A DNA stretch of 64,000 nucleotides from Phoronis australis (GCA_002633005.1 NMRA01000004.1:1420799-1484798); one strand, 5' to 3'; counted from the stretch's first letter, positions 51,109 to 64,000 are shown. Numbers and translations are program-made. Notes: generated from the letters alone by a model not told the origin.

Positions 51109-52119
51109 CTGAAACCAACAAATACCCACAATGCATCATATCCCCTGCTTTGCTTTTCCATAAATTACGATATAAGTGAAAGAAAGGAAACAGATTCTAG
51201 CAAAGATCAGGCATTTTACATTTTGTTAATATCCTGAAGTCGAGGAATACTCAACATATTCAAGGGAAGACTGTCACTAGTTCTAAGACATTTTACACTG
51301 TAAACAACAATATTTACCAGGTTGGGTCATATTACGTACCAGTTTTGGAACTGAGAATTTTTGTTTATCAAACAATTTTACCTTTATCGCACTCCATGTA
51401 CATTGTACTTCTGAGTGAAAAGTACTGAATCGTCCAAGTAGCATTAATAGACCTTTTGGCAAGATATGAAGCATGGTGCATTTTCATCCCACTCCCCCTG
51501 GCATCACGGTGTTAACCAAGTACTTCACAACAGGAATACCTCTGAGGTTTGTTACACCCCATGCTGGTTTTCCACAAGCACGGCTATAGATGTTACGCAA
51601 GATTACGTAACAGGACAACTCTATTCCACTTTTCTGTTAAATTTGGAAACTCGCAATTAGGGAATCGTTTAAAAGATGCCCTGCATAACCATATCTCTCT
51701 GTCTGTGCTGGCCCCTATTGGAAATCACACAAGACTGATTCAGAACAGGTTTCCTTTTTCTTTTTGTTTATTCCCTCCTTAATTAAAGTGCGAATAGCAA
51801 CAAATTTTCATTTCAGAGTAAATATGTCTTAACCCAAATTATTACCATTGACACCACATCTATTTGACTATGTGCTTTTTTATAACCCAGATATCAGTAC
51901 AATTATATAAAACACTTTCCATTTTAGAAAGGGAATTTCCACTCATTCCCTTTTTGTGCTTGAAAAGTTGCAGATTTTTTTCTGCACCTGGATTTCCATC
52001 ATTTTGGATTAAAAAGTGATAGATTCCATTAAATACTCTACTGTCACATTCAATTTGTGTCTTCATATCATCAAAAAAGGGTTAATGTTTAATGTCTAGT
52101 AATAAATCAGACAACTAAC

Positions 52120-52256
52120 CCTAGGTAAGCTTTGTATACAGTCAGGTGGTCAGAGTTAGCTATCGACAGCGCTCGTCGGGCGGCATCAGCCAGATCTCGC
52201 TTGCCCAAAGGCACAACAAACGGTGACTTGTCAGTAATTGAAGCCGCAATAACAGC
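52120..52256 (-). CDS. DHX29: DHX29 exon, HA2 (AVIAASITDKSPF...SDHLTVYKAYLG)
   Basis: AG/GT boundaries, phases 0/2, SDHL motif. Confidence 0.93.
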
Positions 52257-52609
52257 CTGAAACACAACAAAACAGTGCTGTAGTAAACATTTAAATTCCT
52301 GTGGAGACAACATAAATTTTTACAGTACCAAAGGTCAACTTATGTCTTCCTAAAACGGCACTTCTAATATCTATTGGTTTACTTACCCCAACTGGGACAA
52401 TAGATAAAATGAAGTTTATATGGTTTTATTAAGAATCTTATTAATTGTCATTCCATGAGAGCACCAATAGATCGACTCAAGGGTCACCAACTCAGATCTT
52501 GAAAAAAATTATGTGCACATACATCCTGGTGGGATATGTTCAAAATCCATATTTGAATTTTTTGAGTCATTATTGTTTAGCTTAGAGTATCGTGAATATT
52601 TTGGCCCTT

Positions 52610-52762
52610 ATAAAATTTAACTGCATGAAGCATTTTTTGCATGAATAAAGTCAAAATAATGATAGAAAAGAGACTAAAAAAGAGGGAACTGGAAATCAAA
52701 TAAGAAGAAATTGAAACCAAAAAAGAGGAAATCCTCTTAAAAGATGAAAATTCCAAGCTCTG
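52610..52762 (+). repeat. Partial copy of the right end of the 48898-49697 MITE
   Basis: GGAAATCAAATAAGA.GAAATTGAAAC...AATCCTCTTAA...TTCCAAGC. Confidence 0.75.
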
Positions 52763-53499
52763 ATCTGGGCATGACAGATTTCTTCATAAGACAAATGCCA
52801 TAAACAAGCAACAAAAGCTAAACAAGTTCATTATTTACCCAAATGATTAGAGACAAGAAAGAAAAATAAACAAAGATGAAAGCATTTTTGAGAATGCTTT
52901 TCAGAAGTTAGGAGTGGCTATTCTAGCATCTTGAGAGCAAGATATTGCTCCATGATCTGGGAATAACAAATACAGGGAGACGAGTGCAAACAACAATTGG
53001 CCTTTAATGAGTTCAATGGCAGTTTACTTAAAGTGGCATAGAACATTAAAAACAGACTAAGTTGCATGATTCAAAGAGGTTACCTTCCGAAACAGAAATC
53101 AGTTGCTCCCCAGGGATTTTAATTTACAGTTTGTTCATAAAGATTTTGAATTTCTGTTGATGTCAACGCATTTCAAATTTCAAAAAAAGATCTGTCAACT
53201 GCTTGTCACTTCGTTCGACTTTTCTTTCATAAGGAAAAAGTGACCTTTGACCTCTGATGTAAACAAAACAATGGCCATTTCAAGCAGCAGGCAGTCTGAA
53301 TTTGCCACACGCGCACAAGGCGGAGAATTTAAAAACTGTGTTTTGATAAAAGAGTTTATATTTTGTCCGTGCTTCAAAAATAGGGAATCCGGCCATTTTT
53401 TACGAAATTCTTGCAATATTGAAACATCACCAAAAAATATGATTCGCCACAATTTGTTTAAAAGGATTTTTTACAAGTTTTCGCGTTCCATGCAACTAA

Positions 53500-53800
53500 A
53501 AGGTTATAAGGAACCTTAATGACAAGTCTGTGTTTTAGTCAAATACCTACAAAACTACAGAATTCAACTCTGTAAAAGAAAGTATACATTTTCTGAAAGT
53601 AGAAAACATTTAGAATAATTTAATTTGAACTTTATTACAATTTGCCATTAACTGGGTCATGTGACCACGTATTTTTTTAGTAAAATTCACAAAACAGAAA
53701 GAAACATTCTTAGCAAAACAAATTTTAAACCAGTTAATTTGCCATGATTAACGTTAAAAATGAAATCTCAAAAATAATGTTAGTTTAATTTGTAAATAAC
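53500..53800 (-). mobile_element. MITE family A, inverted partial copy
   Basis: AGGTTATAAGGAACCTTAATGACAAGT and TGGGTCATGTGACCA match the reverse complement of about 800-1088. Confidence 0.65.
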
Positions 53801-54121
53801 TGATTTGTTTTTGTTCTATGCATCTTTCAACTTTTTTGCGCCAAACTCATCTATTTATTCATTTTTATTTATTTATTGTGATATTTAAAATGAGGGTGGC
53901 CTCTTCAGTGATAGCACTGGTTTTCAAGAGTACCCTCATAAGTTCTACATTACAGCCTCTCATACAAAAGTGTAACATTTTAAAAATAAATCCTGATACT
54001 TTGAAGAACAGTGCATAAAGAACAGTATAATAATTATGTATCTGAAACAATGGTCCCAAGTTAACCAAACTTGAACATCTTTCTAGGATCCAACACGACC
54101 TAAACAACCACCAGTACATAC

Positions 54122-54346
54122 CACAGGCTCTAGGCATCCGAAAATAGCACCAAAGATCAACATTTTGCCGATCCTAACGTTGACTGGTAGCGTTGCTAAG
54201 TGTTGGCCTAGAGGTGTCAGCACTGATCTTTCATACTCGCAGGCTCCGACGTCGCGCAGCAGGTTCATAGCTCGTGTCACAGTCTGCACTTGGGGAGGGT
54301 CGAGCGCTTGAGACAGGAGCGTCGCAGGGTCACCAAGGTCACATTT
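54122..54346 (-). CDS. DHX29: DHX29 exon (KCDLGDP...ALDPP...LTPLGQHLATLPVNVRIGKMLIFGAIFGCLEPV)
   Basis: AG/GT boundaries, phases 0/0; strong DHX29 signature. Confidence 0.95.
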
Positions 54347-56408
54347 CTGTGTCACAGAAAACAAAAAACATTGAGTAAATGAAATGAAACAACACAGGGA
54401 ATAATTTGACATTGTAATACTGAATTATATCTAACAAACATCCTGGATAATGATGCTACTAGAATATGTCATTTCTAATTCTCCCAATCGAGAAAAAGGT
54501 AAAACACAGCTACCAATAAAAAAGCAATTAAAATGAAGACGATAATACAAGCTAATTGTACATGAAATAGCTCTCAATTTTCAGGCACAGATTTTCTCAA
54601 AATACATGGCATTCATAATAAATATATTGGGTATAATCATATTTTATCTTTTTATTTCTATTCCAAATTGTTGGATAACATTCAACTGAAGAAGTCAGTT
54701 CATTCACTTATCCTCTGCAGTCATAATCCACACAGAGTCCAGAGTAAGAGATATCTGCTCTCATATTTTGCATTGTGTTTAAAGAAATTTCTTTTTCTTT
54801 TCAAGAAATGTGAGCAACTGAAAAATAAAAATAACATGCAGCAGGCAGTTACCTAACTTAAAGGCAAGTCAAATGAGTATTAGAATTGAACAGAATGCCA
54901 GCTTTTGGAAACAATGAAGATAATAAGAGTCAATGCAATTCTGTGCTAACACATACACCCACTAATTCTATAAACAGTTCAACTTTATAGTTAGGACCAT
55001 CCAACATTTCTCTTTTATCATGAACATTTTAGTTCAGTGTTGGATGTAAAAAAAAACGCGTCATCCCGACTGGTATAGTAGCAGTCCTGTAGTGAAAGCC
55101 GGGACACTCATTTGGTTAAATCTGCATTTCACCCTGTTTGGCTAGGCTAAAAACAGAAAGTAGAATTAGGCCATTACTCTCCTAAAATCAGTCTCAATAT
55201 ATTCAATACCGTGATGACATTCCATTTCTGCTAACAACTCAAGCCACAAGCAATGCACCATTTTTTAATTTGTGGTGTCACACATATGCCAAGCGTACAC
55301 GCACCGGTTAAGCAAGATGTTCTGTGATGTTGAATAACTGTTAAAAAGTTATATTTCATAAAAATTTTATATTATAAAGAATTTCTGGTTTTGGAATATA
55401 CAATTTAGAACAATGAACCATTCAATAATATTATAAGTTTATCGGAAACTTGGAAACAATTCATCCGGGAATATAAAAATTGAAACACTGACTGAACAGT
55501 TGTGCAGCAGTTTGTCGTTTAGCTTCAATGAATTTCCTAGTTTTGTAGGTCTATATTTGTTTCTTAGCTTCTGGAATGGAAATGGTTAATGCAATAGAAA
55601 TATGCCCCCCATGTTGATCAGAGCACTGGAAAATAATGGTGGAAATTGTACTGATTTGCAGAACTTGAGGTAATGACTGTATCACGAAAAGCAGAATTTA
55701 CACTAACAGCGTGGGAGCTGAGTAACCCAGCATTGCAAGCAGACGATTGTGTCAGTAAAAAACACAATACTTGATATTCGATCAAAATTTCCTGTAAGCA
55801 TCTTAGTTCTCAGTGAAGACATAATGTCAGTATGAATTCATAAAACATTCTTGTTTGATTTGAATTAGATTTTTCCTCGATTTTGTTGGGGACGTCATGT
55901 AGGCAATTGACCTATTTATGATGACCCAGATTACAACTAGCGAAATCTAAAAATAGCCGCCTGATCACCGTGCATCGGAATTTTCATATGATCTTATCTG
56001 CAAGTTCATATAATTTTTAGAACAGTAAAACTGCTTTTTCAGGATCGACACCTTGGATCAATGTTTCAGGTAGCCCAAATGAACAAGCCCAATAAAATTT
56101 GCCATCGTACACGCAAATTTACTCCACCAAGAGGCTGAACACCAACCGTGAAACATGGCCTCAACCGTTTCATACAGATTGGCTCTACTTTCTCATATTC
56201 AATAAAATATTTCAAGACATATTGAACTGCCGTATTTACACACATATGGGATAAATAGAATTCCACCATGGTTAGGAACATTATGAGACCGATTCTGTGA
56301 CAGTAAAAGGCCCAATTCTTTTTTTTAACCAATCAAACAGCAAAATGCAGCTTTCAATGTTAAAGTACACATGACCTAATGCACTAAACAAGGAAGTAAA
56401 TACAGAAC

Positions 56409-56613
56409 CATGATATGGAGGCATAGTTCTTCAAGAGGGACGCGCAGTATCTCTGGCACTGAGTACGACTTGAATGCGGAGTACGTGTGCTTTGTGTACA
56501 GACGGAAGCACCACCCCTCTCGCGTGCGACCGGCACGACCTTGACGCTGTTTAGCACTCGCTTTACTGATGTAGACTTCTTCTAGGGTACTCATTTGACT
56601 CGACTCCATGTAT
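56409..56613 (-). CDS. DHX29: DHX29 exon with motif VI (QRQGRAGR)
   Basis: TTTACAG| acceptor and |GT donor; phases 2/0. Confidence 0.95.
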
Positions 56614-57117
56614 CTGTAAAATTATCTTGCATTGAATACGAATATTATCATATATTCCATACTGTAAATATTTTAACCTCTAAGTTCCACGTAGCATTAA
56701 CTAGGTCAAACCGAAATCACGAACTTTAAACTGAAACTAAATATTTGAATTAACTAGTCAGCAAGTTTGAAGCCGGCCACCGGCAAACCATTGTGTTCAA
56801 AGGTGGCACTGCATGGGGTTTTCAACAAATTTCAAATCTTGGTACTTAAAAGCACCTAATCTAATTTGTTTGGTGTTCAAACAAGACTGGGAAAAACTAC
56901 AAAAACACAGTGTGTCAGAGAAAGCTTAGTACGTAACTGAGTCATAAACAACAATCTTGCTAACATCAACACAAAAAAGACTTTTTCCAATTGTGTTTTG
57001 TACAATGTAATCAAGAGAATCCCATTGTTTCAGTGCCCACAAATAACAATGGAAAGCCTGTCATAAATTATACATCCATGAATAAACTACCTTTTATTCA
57101 TTTTATTTACAGTTTAC

Positions 57118-57291
57118 CTATTTTCTTTCACTGTGCCACAGTCAACAACAAACACAGCATCAGGGATCGTGATACCAGTCTCCGCTATATTTGTTGCTAT
57201 GACGATCTTCCTAACACCTTTCTTTGGTACATCGAAAGCCTTGCTTTGATCTTGGGATGTCAAGACAGAGTGGAGGGCTATTACGCAGTAC
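57118..57291 (-). CDS. DHX29: DHX29 exon with motif V (ATNIAETGITIPD)
   Basis: AG/GT boundaries, phases 2/2. Confidence 0.95.
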
Positions 57292-58501
57292 CTGAATATG
57301 TTAATTACAACATTAGCAATTACAAGTACCTCAGAAATCAAGATGATGAAATTTGGGACATGTGCTCTTAGCATTAACTTAAATCGCATGCCCATTCAAG
57401 TTCTTCACTTCATTTGTCACAAAATATATGATTGCCAATATAGCCAAATCACATAAAGTTTAACATCCACTGGCTCGGTTCGAGCACACTGTGCCGATGT
57501 TTTTTACTGCTGGAGCACCAAGACGTAAACCAAACTTAACATGGAATTCACAAAAATACTACAGGGAAAAGAAAATTATTTGAACTCTGCAAAAAGTTGG
57601 GGAATGATAAAGTGAAGCTGCACTCTGAAAATCCGCTCGCCACCTGGTGACCGGCCAGTGAACCTCTACTCGTCCAACAATGTTTTTAGTCGCATTGGTG
57701 ACTGGGCGAGTGGCTTTAGTAATTCCCCATTCGATTGACAATCCAACCCAAGTTTTGTAGCCCCTATCAGCAGTCCTTGGAAATGCCTTGTCAGACATCT
57801 GTGAGACAAATGTCAACTCATGAATAAATTTTCAGGGAATAAATCTGCAAAATTTGATGAATCTTGGCAAATTTCGTGTCCACATGCACAAATATTTCCT
57901 GGTCCGAATTTGCCCACAAATACTGGGATAACTCCATATCATGTTCACATGGGAATGGTACTACAACATCCTCATTTAACACTTGATGGCATAACTGACC
58001 TATTATATATATTATATATTATGCATTCGTTTGCATTTCACATAAGCCTGCACGTTCTCTTAATAAACAACTTTTGATTTAGACCATTTATCTCATCAAA
58101 TAGGTTTTATCAGATCAGAAATCATTTCTAGGCTAGAAAAGAACCAACATGTCATTACCGCTTCAGACAACCATGGCAAGTTAGTTTCAGTTACTAATGC
58201 AGTACTGTCATCAGGGTAATTCAGTCGATTTATTTAAAGCAATTCTAATTCAAGCAAAGAATAAAAAGGGATGAGATTGGTTTGGAAGAGCGAATATGCC
58301 AGAGAAGAAAGTTGAATAGATGTTTTAAACACTGGAACATCGTTTATATGGCTTCGAGCTACAGTAGAGGTTTAATCAGCACACTATGTATTTGACGAAT
58401 GGACTATAGTGGTATACCAACCAGAGCTTTAGAAATCCCAGTAGGTAGTTCGAATCAAAACTTAAATTGCCTAAAATATAATTCTGATGTGCAGACATTA
58501 C

Positions 58502-58731
58502 CTGGATTCATCTCCTAATGTTCGATCAGATGTGATTAGTTCATACAACTCTTGTATGTGAGAAAGCCCAGGTAAAAACACCAACACAGCGCCATCTATC
58601 TGCGAGTACTGAGAATCTCGGTCCAGATGTGTTAATAGTGTCACAATCACCTCCATGTTGATTCTATCAAAGTTCATTCGAGTTATCGTTGTGCGTGTCT
58701 TTTTACTGTATTCGTCAGGACTGAGATTACT
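58502..58731 (-). CDS. DHX29: DHX29 exon with motif IV (GAVLVFLPG)
   Basis: AG/GT boundaries, phases 0/2. Confidence 0.93.
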
Positions 58732-59108
58732 CTGAAGTTTAATATAACACACATAGGAAGACATTGTCAAGACAATTTCATTTCCAGTTACGTATCACAG
58801 CTGCTTAATTTTCAATGAACAAATTTCTTTAACAAAATATAGCGAATATTTTTGCTACTTTACCACATCTCACACCCAGAGTCCAAGTTAAAAATCCTGC
58901 ACCTGAAGTTTGTACAGGCGTGTGACCTTGGAAGTTATTGTTGAAAATTGAACAAAAATCAATCGTAATGCTCAATTTCCATTATGATCATTATATCTTA
59001 GTGACCCTGGATAGATTTTATTCTAGGGTAACTCATAGCGTGGATGGCATTCATAAATTAAACTAACAACCAATTCAAAATACGCCAGCAAGTGAAATGA
59101 TCTGGAGT

Positions 59109-59452
59109 CAGGGGTCCAATCTTTTTACTTGAACTTGGAATTTTCTATTCTCCTTGAGTGCAAACTTAAGATAAGTGTCTATTAGTTTGTGCTCATATGC
59201 ATTATGGTATGCACCTGGTGACCCTTAATTCAACTACAAACTCATTGAGTAAAAACTCAAAATTTCAAGTTCACACTAACGCTTGAACTTCTAGCCTTAA
59301 TGCTGAGGTCATCAAGTGAAAACTTGGCTTAGACAGTTACCACATATACGCCATTACGAACTCAAGCATAGAATAATAGAGGCTTCTTTTGAATTTGCAA
59401 AAATTCCAAAAATAATTGAGTTCAATTTCGAACAAAAAATCGGGACCACCTG
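59109..59452. mobile_element. MITE with CAGG...CCTG termini
   Basis: CAGGGGTCCAATCTTTTT...AAAAAATCGGGACCACCTG. Partial copy at 46630-46845. Confidence 0.65.
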
Positions 59453-59519
59453 ACTTCATTAACTATTGCTCCTCTGGTGGTACAGGTCTGGTTGAAGATT
59501 CCTAAATGTATTACGTTAC

Positions 59520-59705
59520 CGTGTCGACAGAAGACAGGTCATCCGTTGTCCAAGTGGCATTGACTTTGTGAGTATCTCCCCGCTGGCCAGTCACCGTCAC
59601 ACAGGTAGACTGTTCCTGTACGATATCCTCATACCTGAGGGCATAGGGTGAGTCCTGCTCCAGGGTGTAACCTGTCTGCTCAACTATATCTTCAAGGTGA
59701 TAGAC
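59520..59705 (-). CDS. DHX29: DHX29 exon (VYHLEDIVEQTGYTLEQDSPY...SSVDT)
   Basis: TTTCCAG| acceptor and |GTAACG donor; phases 0/0. Confidence 0.93.
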
Positions 59706-59996
59706 CTGGAAATTGCGAATCAGAAAATAAAGATGATAATGCGGAAAAGGCACTGATATGGACTTCTGTATAGTAACCTCACACCTGAACACATAAGATA
59801 GGATTCTAACTGTTGTGTTACACAATATCCTAAGGTGATATACCTGGAAAATGTGGTTCAGAAAACAATGAAAGGCGATAACAATGAAAAAGGCTCTAAT
59901 ATGGGTTTTTGGATGTCATCCTTATACCTGAGGACATGGGACAAACTCTGATACTAAGTGTAACGTTTCTGTTATAAGATATTCTCAAGGTGAGAC
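59625..59996. repeat. Degenerate ~145-bp tandem triplication spanning the DHX29 intron/exon junction
   Basis: Anchors CCT(C/T)A(T/C)ACCTGA at 59627, 59777 and 59920; AAGGTGA at 59694, 59832 and 59987. Confidence 0.8.
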
Positions 59997-60348
59997 GCAT
60001 ACAGTATGTAGACCTTTAAGGTTATGATTAGCTGTAAAAACATGAAAATTAGGCAAACTGTGAAAAGTTGCAAATCAGAAATTGGGACTTTCATTATTCT
60101 TACGAAAAGAATTGCATAAAACAACAAAACGACCGTTAAAAACTGACACATTTTAAGCTTGCTTTTTGTGTTTCAACATCAAAAGATATTTTGCCATGTC
60201 ACTCTATGATTGTGCATTCTTTAAAAAGCAAGATCAGGCAACACCACACAACTGGAAGGATAGTGTTTCCCGAATATGCTCGGGACATCAGCACACCCTA
60301 GCAAAATGACGACCAGTGAAGTAATCGCTTCCTAACAACGGACATTAC

Positions 60349-60525
60349 CTGTACAGGAAAGGTGCGTCCAGGAATGTTGATGACAGAACAGTGTTGGAAG
60401 TAAGCAGAAAACTTGTCACTATCAAGGGTGGCACTCATGAGTATGACCTTGACCTCTGGTCGTTTGAGCACCAGATGACGAAGAATGATGAGGAGAAAAT
60501 CTGATTGGATGCTTCGCTCGTGAAC
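60349..60525 (-). CDS. DHX29: DHX29 exon with end of motif II (VHERS) and motif III (MSAT)
   Basis: AG/GT boundaries, phases 0/0. Confidence 0.95.
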
Positions 60526-61205
60526 CTGAGTAACGTGAAAGGTCAAGTCGTGAAGATTAAATAAACAACAAAACTTGTAGAAAACATAAAAATGTGTCCA
60601 ATCACATTATTTTTGCTGATTCGACCATTAAAAGTTGCCCACTGCATTATTTTCCAAACATGTTCCAGAACAAAACCAAATCCACCTGTTTGGTCAAAAC
60701 AGAAATTAAACAGGATTAACAATTCTTATTTGAAAAACTTGATTACAAAGTTTTGGTGGCCACAGTTAACAGAGGATTCCTTACATTCAGTTACATCTAA
60801 CGTTGACATTAAAACTATCAATTAAAGGTGCATTTCATCCTCTCTATTTGGCTAAAAATTAAAATCAAACAAAGCCTTTAACTGTAACGAGATTGTTCTC
60901 AAAATATTGCTTACTGAGGTAAGATTCAATTTCCATCACCAACTCAAGACACGAGCAATGCCATTTTTGAATTTGCAATGTCAGGGATGTCCAAACCCCA
61001 ATAAACTTTGAAGCGTTTCATTGAGTCAGCCAACCCCTTGAACTCTGAAGGGTTTTCTCGAGTAGTTGAGATGATTTCGATGTTTTCGGTGTTCTTGACA
61101 TAAACAGATTGAAGTGCAATCCTATCATGGTAAGGGTTATTATGAGATCCCTTATATGAAGGTATGAGGCATAAGTCGATTTTCACTTTTCAGAAAGCTA
61201 AATAG

Positions 61206-61807
61206 AAGGCGATATTTTTTCAAATGAGACAATATTATTTAGTCTCAAAGTGTGCAGAACGGTTCCGCACTTTTTCAATATCCACTTAGCGCCATAAAAA
61301 ATGGTATGTAACAAATCTATACGTTACCCTAAACATGTTTACAATGTTACAATTTTATTTACTCAATTAGCATTTTCTTAATTAGAAGTTCAATTTTTGC
61401 CTTGCGGAATATTCCGCACTGAGTGAGTTGAAATATAATCTATTCTCAATAGCATATGGAAATATCAATGTGTCAACATGAACAATGATTGATCAGTGGG
61501 GAACTTGCTGAATGGTTTGTTGCGAAAAATTGACATCTTGTTAATGCTATTTTACCGCTTTTGGTAGAACCTTAACACAATTCAATTTTTGCCTTGCGGA
61601 GTATTCCGCAAGGCAAAAATTGAACTTCTAATTAAGAAAATGCTAATTGAGTAAATAAAAATGTAACATTGTAAACATGTTTAGGGTAAGGTATAGATTT
61701 GTTACATACCATTTTTTATGGCCCTAAGTGGATATTAAAAAAGTGTGGAACCGTTCCGCACACTTTGAGACTAAATAATATTGTCTCATTTGAAAAAATA
61801 TCGCCTT
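61206..61807. mobile_element. Palindromic (foldback) element with ~210-bp near-perfect arms
   Basis: AAGGCGATATTTTTTCAAATGAGACAAT... is inverted to ...ATTGTCTCATTTGAAAAAATATCGCCTT. Confidence 0.9.
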
Positions 61808-62054
61808 ATAGGCAAAATACAGCTTTAAAGAGAAAATTAAATATTTTGAACTAAAAACATGTTGTATGACAAGTTTGTTAACACTGTCTCTCCCTAGGGA
61901 CACGATGCTTGCAATGGTGAAGGCTCAGCTCAATAAAGGTTGTTAAGGCACACAGAAGCATGATTATCAAAGAGCATGGATTGCACAAAAAGAATTTGGT
62001 TCCTTTATCTGAATAAAACAAATATATTTTTCCATGAATCGAATCCCCACACAC

Positions 62055-62324
62055 CTCGTCCACAATAATATGAGTGACATCCTTAAGCTCAGGGTCGTTT
62101 TGCAACTTCCGCAATAGCACGCCTGTTGTACAATACGTCAGGCAGGTATTGGCCGTTCTTTTCGACTCAAACCGTATCTGATATCCACACATTGACGTCC
62201 TTGACCCTGGGTTACCTCCACCAAGCTCCTGGGAGACACGGGTGGCGAGACTGGTTGCCGAGATACGGCGAGGTTCAGTCACAACAATATTGCACTTGTC
62301 AGTCAAGTTGGAGATCAAGCAGTG
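62055..62324 (-). CDS. DHX29: DHX29 exon with motifs Ia, Ib and start of II (TEPRRISA...CGYQIRFES...[12 protein letters not shown]...IIVDE)
   Basis: TTTTAG| acceptor and |GTGTGT donor; 270 nt, phases 0/0. Confidence 0.95.
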
Positions 62325-62763
62325 CTAAAAATGGTGAGGGAGGTAAAATTATTGACATCCACGACAAAAAGCATTTTATTATCTAGTCAGGAGCTCGTGA
62401 AGGAGAACACACTTCAATGTTGGCTAACATACACATGGTTTTTGCTCTGTCATTGATTACAGGCACAACTTGTAGTCCCAATACAGTACAAGACAGCCAA
62501 AAGTATTCAAACAAAATCACCAGGAAAGGAATGAACTGTCACGACAGCTGGGCTGAATTCATTATCAGAGTAGTCCTCCATCTTCACTAACAGTGAAGGG
62601 GACATAACAGGAACGTTAAGTAAGGTGGCCGGGACATTCTGTAAAAAGAATTTTGACATCCTAACAGCAATTACCAGTTGCTTTTTGCTGTTAATCGAAT
62701 TAGCCATCATGACTGGAAAACGGTATCATGTCTTGTAGTGTATTAACAAGCCAGTGTTAGTCT

Positions 62764-62850
62764 GATATAACATGCCAGCATTTTGAGAACCAGTTTTCTC
62801 CACTGAATAACGGACACTAACTGGTTCCCAAAATGTGGGCATGTTATATC
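62764..62850. repeat. Short hairpin, ~32-bp arms
   Basis: GATATAACATGCCAGCATTTTGAGAACCAGTT...AACTGGTTCCCAAAATGTGGGCATGTTATATC. Confidence 0.8.
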
Positions 62851-63533
62851 GTATTATTGCCAGCAAATGAATTGCACACTAGAAGTTGATTATTTTTTGG
62901 TCTTCTGCTACAGCACCCAATTTACTCAAAATGTTATTGGCACTAGGAAGTAGGTAACACTTAAGAAATGTGAAAGAGAAAGATTTGAAGTCTGTATGTA
63001 ATTTATTAACACTGACCTAACCCTGTGAGGATACAGGACTATGCAAAACTTTGATAAATTTCCCAGTAACGGACTGGCTGTGTGACCAAGATTTTTCATG
63101 GCTGAAGAACAGATGAGTGACTTAAAGGAGGAAACAAGCATTTTCAAAGTTGCCTTACAGAAACCTGGTTATCTTGGATAGATAATAACCTGCCATGTAT
63201 TTACTCTTCATGCAGGTATACTGACAATGAGCAACTGGCCCGCACCGTGTTACTACATTTACTTGAATATAGAGCAAACACGAATCACCGACAAAGACTG
63301 TGGTCAATAACGGATTGGACATTGTGGTAGCTTGATGGAAGCAAAGGAAAATACAGGATCTTTTTTGGGCTGTTAACGTCACTTTCTATTGTTGCAAGGA
63401 TAATAAAGACACCTATGTGGGACAGTAGTTAATGCGGAAAAAAGTCCTTTAAAGATAACGAGGTAAGGTAATGTCAACAATAGTTGCTTTCCCCTTTTAA
63501 ACCCCTACTCTGCCACAAGCAAAGACGTGTTAC

Positions 63534-63776
63534 CTCCAGAATGAACTGCGGCACTTGAGTACTTTTGCCGGACCCTGTTTCCCCGGCAACGACAACAACG
63601 TTTTCCCTCGCAATGATGGACATTATTTCGTCCTTGTATTGAAAGACAGGTAGCTCACGACGAGTTTTCAACAACTGGTTGTAAGTGGATGTCTTTGTGT
63701 TTTGCAAGAAAAGTTCTTTAAGACGAGCTGTTCCACTTGAGCGACTGACGGGATCTGCTTGTTGCAGGTCAGTAAA
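63534..63776 (-). CDS. DHX29: DHX29 exon with Walker A (LPVF...VVVVAGETGSGKSTQVPQFILE); upstream exons lie outside the window
   Basis: TTTCAG| acceptor and |GTAACA donor; 243 nt, phases 0/0. Confidence 0.93.
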
Positions 63777-64000
63777 CTGAAATGTTTTTATCATTCATGA
63801 TTATTGTCACTTTTTGTATGTAGCAGGACTGACATCAAGTAAATTTTTGTCAAACTTGGCCAAAGTCAGTAAAGCAATAATAATTTGACATTCTCAAAAG
63901 AATTAAATACACTGTACAACAAAAAATTATTCCTAAAACCTATGATCTTGTCCTCATCTCAGATGAAAGTCGAAATTTCAAATACTCAATATCCATTAAT

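Noticed and set aside
24939-63776. Conserved synteny with the human SOST-DHX8 neighbourhood
   Set aside because: The helicase has DHX29 signatures, not DHX8/Prp22, and I saw no MEOX homeobox exon in the window.

Overview
AT-rich, repeat-dense animal genomic DNA, probably a marine invertebrate deuterostome (inferred from gene and repeat style). It holds two minus-strand protein genes, both spliced by hand with GT-AG junctions and matching intron phases. (1) The 3' 14 coding exons of a DHX29 DEAH-box helicase (63776 to 42733; 866 aa in the window, 5' part outside). (2) A complete two-exon sclerostin/SOSTDC1-like cystine-knot gene (31064-30887 + 25342-24939; 193 aa) with a plausible Inr/TATA-like promoter, two tiny uORFs and three TGGCGCCA (Smad1/5-type) sites. 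The rest is transposon-derived: a 3.6-kb foldback element with ~1.25-kb TIRs carrying a decayed XPG-like nuclease fragment (Academ-like), head-to-head Penelope GIY-YIG fragments split by a Helentron-like element, nested MITEs, LINE relics and tandem repeats. The most interesting items are a duplicated in-frame splice acceptor in DHX29, the missing NxI LRP5/6-binding motif in the sclerostin-like protein, and the foldback element. I found no clearly new biological system. Family names come from motif recognition, not database searches.
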